Shown here: positions 9,008 through 17,512 of the stretch, piece after piece
Layout of the letters: every line of letters starts with the position of its first letter
Position numbering within the stretch: the first letter of the stretch is position 1
NCBI GenBank assembly: GCA_031360485.1
Contig: JANMBN010000052.1
Span: 14,087 to 78,086 of the forward strand
Length of the DNA: 64,000 nt
Origin: Betaproteobacteria bacterium
GTDB lineage: Bacteria; Pseudomonadota; Gammaproteobacteria; Burkholderiales; Casimicrobiaceae
Direction: 5' to 3'
Notes under the pieces: model-generated
Seen by the model: only the letters and a program-made list of their open reading frames with translations
Told to the model about the DNA's origin: nothing
The model's database searches: none
Program-made: the position numbers and the translations under genes

Positions 9008-11527
9008 TCATGCGGCCGCCTTGTGCACGACGCTCGCCGGCGCCGCCGTCGATGCGGCGACGGCGGCGGGGCTCATGACCGTCGCGCCCAGAACCAGCGC
9101 GAAATAGTCGACGCGGATCACTTTCGCCGTGAGCTCGCGGGCGACCCGCAGCGCGACGACCTCGCTCGCCGTGATCGCGCCGGCGGCCTCGGCCCGCGCG
9201 AGCAGGACTTCCCATTCGGCGCCCGGACGCAGCTTCCCGTCGACGCGGCCGGCCTTGATCGCGGCGCGCAGCTTCGCTTCGATCGGCCCGGCGGCGAGCG
9301 TCGCAATCAGCGCGCGCTCGATCAGCGCGACCGGGTTCCCCGGCGCGCGGGAAAGGTACATCCCGGCGGTCAGGCGATCGCGGGCCTCGGAGGGCTCGAT
9401 CAGGATGCGCGCGACCTTTTGCCCGAGCGTGTCCGACGGAACCACGTACGGCCGGCCGAGCGGGAACACGACGCGGCGCATCACCGCCGCGATGAACCGG
9501 TTCGGAAAGTTCGAGATCACGCCCTCGAACGCGCTCTGGATCTTGAACATGGCGTCCCAAATAGCCCAGTGCATCAGCGGTGCGTCGGCCTGCTGCCGGC
9601 CTTCGGCCTCGTACCGCCTGAGGGTCGCGGAACAGAGGTACATCAGCGACAGGATGTCGCCGAGTCGCGCCGAGAGCTTCTCCTTGCGCTTCAACGCGCC
9701 GCCGAGCGTCCCCATCGACACGTCGGCGAGAAACGCGAGCGCCGCCGAGAACCGCGTCAGCTGCTGGTAATAGCGGCGGGTTTCCGGCGCGACGGCGGCG
9801 GGGACGCCGACGAAATGCGAGCCCGTCAGGCCCGTCACGAGCGTGCGCGCGAGGTTCGACACGACGAAGCGGAGGTGGCCAAACAACGCCGCGTCGAACG
9901 CGACCGACGCCTTTTCCGGATCGGTCTCGCGCGTCGCGACGATTTCCTTCAGCACGAACGGATGGCAGCGGATCGCGCCTTGCCCGAACACGATCAGGCT
10001 GCGCGTCAGGATGTTCGCGCCTTCGACGGTGATCGCAACCGGTATCTGCATGTACGCGGCGCCGATGAAGTTCGACGGCCCCATGCAGATGCCCTTGCCG
10101 CCGACGATATCCATCGCGTCGTTGACGACCTGCCGGCCGCGCTCGGTGAGGTGCAGCTTCGCAATGCCGGAGATCACCGCGGGCTTCTCGCCCAGGTCGA
10201 TCCCCGCCGCCGTGAGCGTGCGCGCGGCGTCCATCATGTACAGGTTGCCGCCCATCCGTGTCAGCGCTTCCTCGATACCCTCGAACTTGCCGATCGGCGT
10301 CTTGAACTGCTGGCGCACCTGCGCATAACCGCCGACGGCACGCACCGCGAGCTTGGCCATGCCCGTGGCGGAGGACGGCAGCGAGATTCCGCGGCCGGCG
10401 GCCAGGCACTCCATCAGCATCCGCCAGCCGCGACCGAGCATCGCCTGGCCGCCGATCACCCAGTCCATCGGAATGAAGACGTCCTTGCCCGAGTTGGGGC
10501 CGTTATGGAACGCGGCGTTGAGCGGCATGTGGCGCCGGCCGATCACGACGCCGGGATGCGCGGTCGGGATCAGCGCGCAGGTGATGCCGACGTCTTCCTG
10601 GTCGCCGGCGAGGTGGTCGGGGTCGTAGGCGCGGAACGCGAGCCCGAGCAGCGTTGCGACCGGGCCCAGCGTGATGTAACGCTTGTCCCACGTGACGCGC
10701 AGCCCGAGCACCCTTCGGCCCCCGTGCTCGCCCCAGCAAACGATGCCGTAATCCGGGATCGACGCGGCGTCCGAGCCGGCCGTCGGACTCGTGAGCGCAA
10801 AGCACGGTATCTCCAGCCCCTTGGCGAGCCGGGGCAGGTAATGCCGCTTCTGTTCCTCGGTGCCGTAGTGCGCCAGCAATTCACCCGGCCCCAGCGAGTT
10901 GGGCACCATGACGGTGACCGACACGGTTCCGGAATGCGTCGACAACTTGGTCATCACCTGCGAGTGCGCATAGGCGGAAAAGCCGAGTCCGCCGTACTTC
11001 TTCGCGATGCTCATGCCGAAAAAACCGCGATCCTTGATGAACTGCCAGACGTTCGGGGGCAGGTCGCGGTAGACGTGCGTGGTCTCCCAATCGGTCACCA
11101 TCGCGCAGAGCTCCTCGACATCGTTGTCGAGAAATCGCTGCTCGTCGGCGGTGAGCTTCGGGTAGGGCGTTTCCAGGAGCCGCGTCCAGTTCGGCCGGCC
11201 CGAAAAAAGGTCGCCGTCCCACCAGACCGTGCCGGACTCGATCGCGTCGCGTTCCGTCTGCGACATCGGCGGCAGGACCTTTCGAAAAACCGCGAGCACC
11301 GCATCGCTCACCAGCCGTCGGCGCAACACGGGGACATTGCCCGCAATGGCCAGGACCACGAATACCAGGGTCAGCGCGAGCGCGAGCCAGCCCGGAATCG
11401 TGTGCGCCCCCCACGCCACGGCGAGCGCGACGGCGATCGCCGCGGTGATGGCCGCGCCGGAGGCGTTGATGTAAGCGAGCGTCAGGGCGCCGGCGATGAC
11501 GGCGGCGAGCCAGAGGACGGTGAGCAT
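9008..11527 (-). CDS. fadE: large acyl-CoA dehydrogenase, FadE type
   Basis: 839 aa with N-terminal TM segments (MLTVLWLAAVIAGALTLAYI..., IPGWLALALTLVFVVLAIAG) followed by acyl-CoA dehydrogenase domains. Size and layout resemble E. coli FadE. Confidence 0.85.
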   Translation of the reverse strand: MLTVLWLAAVIAGALTLAYINASGAAITAAIAVALAVAWGAHTIPGWLALALTLVFVVLAIAGNVPVLRRRLVSDAVLAVFRKVLPPMSQTERDAIESGTVWWDGDLFSGRPNWTRLLETPYPKLTADEQRFLDNDVEELCAMVTDWETTHVYRDLPPNVWQFIKDRGFFGMSIAKKYGGLGFSAYAHSQVMTKLSTHSGTVSVTVMVPNSLGPGELLAHYGTEEQKRHYLPRLAKGLEIPCFALTSPTAGSDAASIPDYGIVCWGEHGGRRVLGLRVTWDKRYITLGPVATLLGLAFRAYDPDHLAGDQEDVGITCALIPTAHPGVVIGRRHMPLNAAFHNGPNSGKDVFIPMDWVIGGQAMLGRGWRMLMECLAAGRGISLPSSATGMAKLAVRAVGGYAQVRQQFKTPIGKFEGIEEALTRMGGNLYMMDAARTLTAAGIDLGEKPAVISGIAKLHLTERGRQVVNDAMDIVGGKGICMGPSNFIGAAYMQIPVAITVEGANILTRSLIVFGQGAIRCHPFVLKEIVATRETDPEKASVAFDAALFGHLRFVVSNLARTLVTGLTGSHFVGVPAAVAPETRRYYQQLTRFSAALAFLADVSMGTLGGALKRKEKLSARLGDILSLMYLCSATLRRYEAEGRQQADAPLMHWAIWDAMFKIQSAFEGVISNFPNRFIAAVMRRVVFPLGRPYVVPSDTLGQKVARILIEPSEARDRLTAGMYLSRAPGNPVALIERALIATLAAGPIEAKLRAAIKAGRVDGKLRPGAEWEVLLARAEAAGAITASEVVALRVARELTAKVIRVDYFALVLGATVMSPAAVAASTAAPASVVHKAAA

Positions 11528-11578
11528 CGGGGTCTCCTTCCGGATTGACGATCGAGCGGGATGTCGGTGGCGGTCGCG

Positions 11579-12330
11579 TCAGTGCGTGCCGCGCGGCGCG
11601 TCATCCTTCGTGCGGACGGTATCGTTGAGGTCGGGCACCGGCGACTCGAGGCCCGCCAGCAGAAACGGGGCGAGGCGGCGCAACAGCAGTTCGTCGTTGC
11701 CGCTCTCGGCCGGCGTGAGCTCGGCGATCAATCGCAGCGCATCGGTACCGGCGAGCGTGTAGGACAGCGCGCCCATGATGAAATGCAGGCGCCACGACAA
11801 TTCCTTTCTAGGAGGTCCGGCAGCGCGCGCCCGAACGCCGCCTTGAAACGCGCGATCATCGCTGCGTACTGCTCGGCCAGGAACTTGCGGATGAACGGCG
11901 CCGGGTCCGCATAGGCGCGCCCGAGGAGGCGCAGGAAGTTCTTGCCGCCGCGCTCGGGATCGCGCGCAAGCTCCAGAGCGGGGATGAACATCGCCGACAG
12001 GATCCGGTCGCACGGCAGGGGATCGGGCGCCGCGTCGCGCTCGAGCCGCGTCAGGAGGTCGACGCGCTTCTGGTTCATCGGGTCAAGGCGCCGGGTCAGC
12101 ACGGCCTGGAACAGCTCTTCCTTGCTGCCGAAGTGGTAGTTGACGGCCGCGAGGTTGACGACCGCGGCGGCCGTGATGGCGCGGAGACTCGTCGCTTCGA
12201 AGCCATGCTCCATGAACAACCCCTCCGCGGCGTCGAGGATCTTTTCCTTGGTGACCATCGGCCGGCGCGCCTCTGCAATCGGAATCACCTCGCCGACCAT
12301 CGTCTTGGGCTCCGCGCGTTTCGTCGTCAT
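11579..12330 (-). pseudogene. TetR-family (PsrA-like) fatty-acid-responsive regulator carrying a 1-nt frameshift near 11809..11818
   Basis: The N-terminal HTH (KEKILDAAEGLFMEHGFEATSLRAITAAAVVNLAAVNYHFGSKEELF) is in the frame of ORF 11728..12474. The conserved C-terminal half (PRKELSWRLHFIMGALSYTLAGTDALRLIAEL...) continues in the frame of ORF 11579..12013. The two frames join at GACCTCCTAGAAAGG if one C is restored. Confidence 0.7.
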
Positions 12331-12355
12331 GCACAGGTTTCGATTGGTTTCGATT

Positions 12356-12399
12356 AAACGTTCGTTTTGATGGTAGGACGGCTCGGAGCGCGGTGTCAA
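12356..12399 (-). promoter_or_regulatory. sigma70-like promoter plus PsrA-type operator of the TetR/fad operon
   Basis: On the minus strand: TTGACA (12399..12394), an 18-nt spacer, TACCAT (12375..12370), then AAAC-GAAC-GTTT (12367..12356). This fits the C/GAAAC-N2-4-GTTTG/C operator pattern known for Pseudomonas PsrA. Two 10-bp direct repeats GGTTTCGATT (12336..12355) follow. Confidence 0.5.
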
Positions 12400-12635
12400 C
12401 GCGTCGTTCGCATTGGGGCGTTGGAGGAAACCAACCACGGAGCGCAGCGAACAGGCGTCGATGTGTGTGCTCACTTATCATAAGATCGCCTTCCAATGCC
12501 CGTCGCGATTTGTTCGGCCGCGCATTGATCTCCTGCTCGGGATCCCATGGCGATGGGACGGAAGCGGCTTGCGGACAACAAGTCCTGCGCGATTTCCGAA
12601 CCGGAACGGTAAAGTGCGGGCTGACCGGATCCTCG

Positions 12636-13541
12636 ATGGCGCCTCCCGAAGCAATTCCCCCGCCCCCCTACAGGCCGACGAAGGGCGACCGGCGCCGGGG
12701 TTTGGCCTTCGGTTTGGTCGGTGTCGCGAGCTTCAGCCTTACCCTGCCCGCGACGCGGCTCGCGGTAGCCGCATTCGATCCGGTGTTCGTGGGCCTGGGA
12801 CGCGCGGTCGTCGCCGCGGTTCTTGCCGCCATCGTCCTCGCGGTCATGCGCGTCCCTTGGCCGGGCCGGGCGATCGTGCCGCGGCTCGCGATCGTCGCCG
12901 GCGGTGTCGTGGTCGGCTTCCCGCTGTTTTCAGCCTGGGCGATGCGCTCCGTCCCGGCCGCGCACGGCGCGGTCGTGATCGGCCTACTGCCTCTCGCGAC
13001 CGCGATGGCCGGCGCCTGGATCGCGCACGAGCGGCCGTCGCGCCTCTTCTGGGCGTGCGCCGCGTTCGGCAGCGCCGTCGTCGTCGGGTTCGCGTTGTGG
13101 CAAGGCGGCGGGGCGCCGCAGCCGGCCGACGCGCTGCTGGCGCTCGCGGTGGCGTCCGCCGCGATCGGCTATGCGGAAGGCGGAAGGCTCGCGCGGACGA
13201 TGCCCGGTTGGCAGGTGATCTGCTGGGCGCTCGTGCTAGCGGCGCCGCTGGTTGCGATCCCGACGGCGCTTGCGGTCGACGCCAGGGTGCTGACCGCCCC
13301 GGTGCCGGCGTGGATCGGATTCGGCTATGTGAGCGTCGTCAGCATGTTCCTCGGCTTCTTTGCCTGGTATCACGGCCTCGCCCTGGGCGGCATTGCCACC
13401 GTGGGTCAGGTGCAGCTGGTGCAGCCATTCCTGACGATCTTTGCGTCCGCATGGCTCCTGGGTGAGCGGGTCGACGTCGCGACGTTCGTCGCTGCCGCGC
13501 TCGTCATCGGCTCGATCGCGCTTGGCCGTCGCGGGTATTGA
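12636..13541 (+). CDS. DMT-superfamily (EamA-like) transporter
   Basis: About 10 hydrophobic helices with duplicated EamA-like halves. Start taken at MAPPEAIPPP (ATG 12636). Confidence 0.75.
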   Translation: MAPPEAIPPPPYRPTKGDRRRGLAFGLVGVASFSLTLPATRLAVAAFDPVFVGLGRAVVAAVLAAIVLAVMRVPWPGRAIVPRLAIVAGGVVVGFPLFSAWAMRSVPAAHGAVVIGLLPLATAMAGAWIAHERPSRLFWACAAFGSAVVVGFALWQGGGAPQPADALLALAVASAAIGYAEGGRLARTMPGWQVICWALVLAAPLVAIPTALAVDARVLTAPVPAWIGFGYVSVVSMFLGFFAWYHGLALGGIATVGQVQLVQPFLTIFASAWLLGERVDVATFVAAALVIGSIALGRRGY

Positions 13542-13668
13542 GACGCGGCAGTTGCCGGCGCGGCACCAATTCCGTTCGCTATACTTCTTGTCGCGCGTGG
13601 GGAGCCCGTCGGACTCGCGTCCGCCGAATGCGCGAAGGCAGCCCCGACGGACTCGCGGGAGGTGGACC

Positions 13669-13956
13669 ATGGCCGTGATTGCGATCGAGAAAAAACACAC
13701 GCTGTCGCACAAGAAGGCGAAGGAGTCCGCCGGCAAAGTCGCCGACGATCTCAACGCCCGGTTCGACCTCGAATACACCTGGAAGGGCGACGAGATCGAG
13801 TTCCGGCGCCCCGGCCTCACCGGTGCGCTGCACGTGGGAAAGGACGCCGTCCGCCTCGATTGCGAGCTCGGGTTCATGCTCTCGTTGCTGAAGCCGACCA
13901 TCGAAGCCGAGGTGCACAAGCAGTTCGACAAGTACTTCGGCAAGGCGAAGGCCTAG
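13669..13956 (+). CDS. putative polyhydroxyalkanoic-acid-system small protein (PHA_gran_rgn family)
   Basis: 95 aa: MAVIAIEKKHTLSHKKAKESAGKVADDLNARFDLEYTWKGDEIEFRRPGLTGALHVGKDAVRLDCELGFMLSLLKPTIEAEVHKQFDKYFG. This pattern matches the small family found in PHA loci. GGGAGGTGG RBS. TAG stop is followed in frame by TGA. Confidence 0.65.
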   Translation: MAVIAIEKKHTLSHKKAKESAGKVADDLNARFDLEYTWKGDEIEFRRPGLTGALHVGKDAVRLDCELGFMLSLLKPTIEAEVHKQFDKYFGKAKA

Positions 13957-14001
13957 TGAACTGAGTCAGAAGTTCGCTCGCGTCGCAACGCGTCCCGCGC
14001 T

Positions 14002-14790
14002 TCAACCCGCCGGCGCGGGGGGGGGCGCCACGGCCGGCGTTTCGTCGTCCGCACTGCCGAGCGGATCGGGGAACGGCGCCGTGTCGCCGGCAAACATCGA
14101 ATCCATCAGCGCCCGCTCGCGCCGATCGATCGTCGCGAGGAATTCGGCCGCGCCGCCCATTTTCCGGAACGCCGAAAAGCCGCGCTCGAGAAACTCCTGC
14201 AGCACGCCCAATCCGGCAGCGTGCGCCGGGTGCCGCATCATGGCGAGCGCGGCGCGGATCAGCGGCTTCCCGACGTAGATGTCGATCGACTTGCCGAATT
14301 CGCCGATCAGCCGGATCTGGCGTTCGCGCGCGGGCCGGTTGTCCGTCGCGCGGTACGCGGCGCAATAGTCGGCGACGGTGAACGGGACGTCCCCGTACGG
14401 CAGCCGCGCCAGCAGCAGCCGGTCGAGTTCCTGCGACAGCGCATTGAGCTCCATCGCCTTCGCCACCGACACGGTCACCCGCTCCGGAAGCATCCGCGTC
14501 ATCACCGGCGCGGCGCGCGCGAGATCGGCATCGCGCCGCGAAAAGTCGGCGGCGCCATAGAGGTCCGTCTTGAAGAAGGCGATCGCGTCGGCGTAGCGCG
14601 GCTGCGCCGCGAGATCCGCGTACGTCACGCCCAATCGACTCGCCTGCCAATGGGAAAGGCGTGCGAGCGCACGGGCGAGATCCGGATCCGCGCGCCGCTC
14701 GGCGTGCAGCCGCGCCACGCGGTGGAGTTCGCGTTCGAGCGCCTTCGGCGCCGTGTCGGGCAGGCGGATGTCGGTCGATGCGTTGGGCAC
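14002..14790 (-). CDS. conserved hypothetical protein (start uncertain)
   Basis: Only the last ~262 codons of track ORF 14002..16362 look coding (VPNASTDIRLPDTAPKALERELHRVARLHAERR...LQEFLERGFSAFRKMGG...). Everything upstream is antisense to the phasin and patatin genes. There is no ATG, so GTG 14790 is assumed. Confidence 0.45.
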   Translation of the reverse strand: MPNASTDIRLPDTAPKALERELHRVARLHAERRADPDLARALARLSHWQASRLGVTYADLAAQPRYADAIAFFKTDLYGAADFSRRDADLARAAPVMTRMLPERVTVSVAKAMELNALSQELDRLLLARLPYGDVPFTVADYCAAYRATDNRPARERQIRLIGEFGKSIDIYVGKPLIRAALAMMRHPAHAAGLGVLQEFLERGFSAFRKMGGAAEFLATIDRRERALMDSMFAGDTAPFPDPLGSADDETPAVAPPPAPAG

Positions 14791-14970
14791 GAGGAATGTA
14801 CTTGGCAGGCTTCGCGCGCGCACGGCGGGACGGGGATCGCCGCGCAAAAGTCTAGCAGGCAGCCGGCAACCCGGCGCGTCCTTTAGTGTGTTTCCTCTAA
14901 TCGATAGGGGTAAGTTGGCGTCAATCGCCACACCAACGCGAGACCTCCCACCCTCCCAAAGGAAACGACC

Positions 14971-15438
14971 ATGCTGAAGACCAATCTCAACGTCCAAACC
15001 AATCGCCTCGGCGAAGCCGCGATCGCCGCCTCGCGCCAAATGTGGCTCGCAAGCCTCGGCGCCGCCGTCGTCACCCGCGACTGGGTGAAGGGCGAAGCCG
15101 GCGACATGTTCAAGACGCTGGTCAAGGAAGGGACCGTCGTCGAATCGCGCGCGATCCGCTTCGTGGGCGACCGGATCGAGACTTCGGTTTCGCTCGCGAA
15201 CACGATGTGGAAAGAGACGCGCAAGACCGTCGAATCGACAGTGAAGCAGGCTGCCGACACGGCCGTCGGCATCGCACAGCAGGTTCTGCCGAAGTCGCTG
15301 CCGAAGTTCGAGCTGCCTCCCGTGCTGAAGACCGGCAAGCCCGCCGCTAAGGCCGCCAAGCGGACGAAGCGCACGATCAAGGTCGCAAAGAAATCGACGC
15401 GTACCGTCAAGGCTGCCCGGAAGTCGAAGCGCGCCTGA
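14971..15438 (+). CDS. phasin (PhaF/PhaI-type granule-associated protein) with Lys/Ala-rich histone-H1-like tail
   Basis: The N-terminal RQMWLASLGAAVVTRDWVKGEAGDMFKTLVKEGTVVE matches the poly(hydroxyalkanoate) granule-associated protein family. C-terminal tail: KTGKPAAKAAKRTKRTIKVAKKSTRTVKAARKSKRA. Confidence 0.8.
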   Translation: MLKTNLNVQTNRLGEAAIAASRQMWLASLGAAVVTRDWVKGEAGDMFKTLVKEGTVVESRAIRFVGDRIETSVSLANTMWKETRKTVESTVKQAADTAVGIAQQVLPKSLPKFELPPVLKTGKPAAKAAKRTKRTIKVAKKSTRTVKAARKSKRA

Positions 15439-15480
15439 TAAGGTAGCATTGCACCGCCCAACAACCCCGCGAGGAGATCC

Positions 15481-16752
15481 ATGCCGGAACGTACGGCGAC
15501 CGGGCGCGCCGTCCGCGCCCGGAAACGGAGGCGCGCGCGTCCCCGTGTGGGTCTCGCGCTGGCCGGCGGCGGCCCGCTGGGCGGGATCTACGAGGTCGGC
15601 GCGCTGCTCGCGCTGACCGACTCGCTCGACGGCATCGATTTCACCGACCTCGACGTCTACGTCGGCGTGTCTTCCGGCGGTTTCGTCGCCGCCGCGCTGG
15701 CGAACGGCATTTCGCCGACGCAGATGTATCGACTCTTCATCGACGACGGCGCCGACGCTGCGCTGACGCCCCAGGTCTTCCTGCGCCCCGCGCTGTCCGA
15801 GTTCGCGCACCGCGCGGCGTCGGTCCCCGGGCTCGTCGCGCGTGCCGCGCTGCAGTGGTTGCGCGACCCGTTTCGCCATGGCGTGATGGAATCGCTGGCC
15901 ACGCTCGCCCACGCGGTGCCGACAGGCATTTTCGACAATCGTTCGATCGGCGACTTTCTCCGCCGCCTGTTCGCCGCCTCCGGCCGCACCGATGATTTCC
16001 GCCGGCTCGGCCGCAAGCTGTTTCTCGTGGCGACCAACCTCGACACCGGCGCGTCGGTCACCTTTGGCCAACCCGGACGCGATCACGTTCCGATCTCGAA
16101 GGCCATCGAGGCCTCGGCCGCGCTGCCCGGCCTCTTTCCGCCGGTCAGGATCGGCGGCGAGTATTTCGTCGACGGTGCGCTCAACAAGACGCTGCATGCG
16201 TCGGTCGCGCTGGACGAAGGCGTCGACCTCCTCTTGTGCGTGAACCCGCTGGTGCCGTTCGACGCGAGCGCGGCTGGCCAGTACGGCCGGCTGACCGTCG
16301 GGAAGCTGAGCCAGGGCGGATTGCCGATCGTGCTTTCGCAGACCTTTCGCGCCATCATCCACTCGCGGATGAAGGTCGGGATGGACAAGTACCGGCGGCA
16401 GTACCCGGACGCCGATGTCGTGCTGTTCGAGCCGGATCGCGAGGACGCCGACATGTTCTTCGCCAGTCTATTCAGCTACGCGCAGCGCAAGCGGATCTGC
16501 GATGCGGCCTACCGGAAGACGAGACAGAACCTCGCAGACCGTGCCGATACGCTGGGCCCGCAGCTCGCAAGGCACGGCATCGCGCTGCGGCCCGACCGCC
16601 TTGCCGATCGCGCGCGCCGCGTGACCGACGCACTGACCGACTCGCGCCCGCTGCACGTCGGCAAGCACCGACACAGTGCGGTGCGGCAGACCACGCGCGA
16701 TCTCGCGCACACGCTCGACCATCTGGCGCGCTGGCTCGCCGGCGCCCGCTGA
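15481..16752 (+). CDS. patatin-like phospholipase/lipase
   Basis: Oxyanion Gly-rich loop GGGPLGG, nucleophile elbow GVSSGG (GxSxG) and catalytic Asp motif VDGALN (DGA). Starts 43 nt after the phasin stop. Confidence 0.85.
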   Translation: MPERTATGRAVRARKRRRARPRVGLALAGGGPLGGIYEVGALLALTDSLDGIDFTDLDVYVGVSSGGFVAAALANGISPTQMYRLFIDDGADAALTPQVFLRPALSEFAHRAASVPGLVARAALQWLRDPFRHGVMESLATLAHAVPTGIFDNRSIGDFLRRLFAASGRTDDFRRLGRKLFLVATNLDTGASVTFGQPGRDHVPISKAIEASAALPGLFPPVRIGGEYFVDGALNKTLHASVALDEGVDLLLCVNPLVPFDASAAGQYGRLTVGKLSQGGLPIVLSQTFRAIIHSRMKVGMDKYRRQYPDADVVLFEPDREDADMFFASLFSYAQRKRICDAAYRKTRQNLADRADTLGPQLARHGIALRPDRLADRARRVTDALTDSRPLHVGKHRHSAVRQTTRDLAHTLDHLARWLAGAR

Positions 16753-16769
16753 CGACACGGCGGGCGTTG

Positions 16770-16793
16770 CGCGCGGCATTCGATTGCCGCGCG
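16770..16793. promoter_or_regulatory. 24-bp near-perfect palindrome, candidate TetR operator
   Basis: CGCGCGGCATTCGATTGCCGCGCG has 22 of 24 positions self-complementary. It lies 60 nt upstream of the TetR ATG (16853) and just after the patatin stop. Confidence 0.45.
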
Positions 16794-16852
16794 GGCCGGC
16801 ACGCGATCCGGCCTGCTACACTCGGCGCGTCGCCCCTCCTCCGTTGCCGGCC

Positions 16853-17500
16853 ATGGCGGAAAAAAAACGTCCCCGCCGCACCCGCGAACGGATCCTCGAG
16901 ACCGCTCTCGCGCTGTTCAATCACTCCGGCGCGCCGCGCGTCACGACGGCGGACATCGCCGACGAGATGAACATCAGCCCCGGCAATCTCTACTATCACT
17001 TCGCCAACAAAGACGAGATCGTCTTCGAGCTGTATGCGGCGTACGAGGCGCGCGTCCTGCCGCTCTACGCCAACCCGCGTGGGCGGCGCCTTGGCGTCGA
17101 CGACCTGTGGCTCTGGCTGCATCTGCTGTTCGAGCAGATGCGCGATTACCGCTTCCTCTACCGGGACCTGGACGAGCTCACGTCCCGCGATCGAAAGCTC
17201 GGTGCGCGCTTCGGCGCGTTGCTCCGGAAGGGCGCCGCGACCGTGGTAGAGTTGTGCCGCGGCATGGGAGAAGCCGGGACGATGCGCGCGTCGCGCCGCG
17301 AGATCGAGACCCTGGCGCAGAACGTCGTGCTCATTGCCGCGTACTGGTCGTCGTACGATCGGATTCGCCGCGCCGCGCGTGACGACGCGCCGGAGCCCGA
17401 CGCCGGCCGCGCCGCCTATCAGGTGCTCGCGTTGTTCGGGCCTTACCTCACGGGCGACGCTCGCGCGTACCTCGACCGTGTCTCGGCCGACTATCTCTGA
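16853..17500 (+). CDS. TetR/AcrR-family transcriptional regulator
   Basis: HTH region RERILETALALFNHSGAPRVTTADIADEMNISPGNLYYHFANKDEI. Start at MAEKKRP. Confidence 0.85.
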   Translation: MAEKKRPRRTRERILETALALFNHSGAPRVTTADIADEMNISPGNLYYHFANKDEIVFELYAAYEARVLPLYANPRGRRLGVDDLWLWLHLLFEQMRDYRFLYRDLDELTSRDRKLGARFGALLRKGAATVVELCRGMGEAGTMRASRREIETLAQNVVLIAAYWSSYDRIRRAARDDAPEPDAGRAAYQVLALFGPYLTGDARAYLDRVSADYL

Positions 17501-17512
17501 CGGAGAAATCGC

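Noticed and set aside
8855-11548. 897-aa plus-strand ORF (and 8853..10409 on the minus strand)
   Set aside because: They are antisense to, or out of frame with, the FadE-type acyl-CoA dehydrogenase gene.
14002-16362. 786-aa minus-strand ORF taken at face value
   Set aside because: Only the last ~262 codons look like a real protein. The upstream part runs antisense through the phasin and patatin genes, which have strong motifs.
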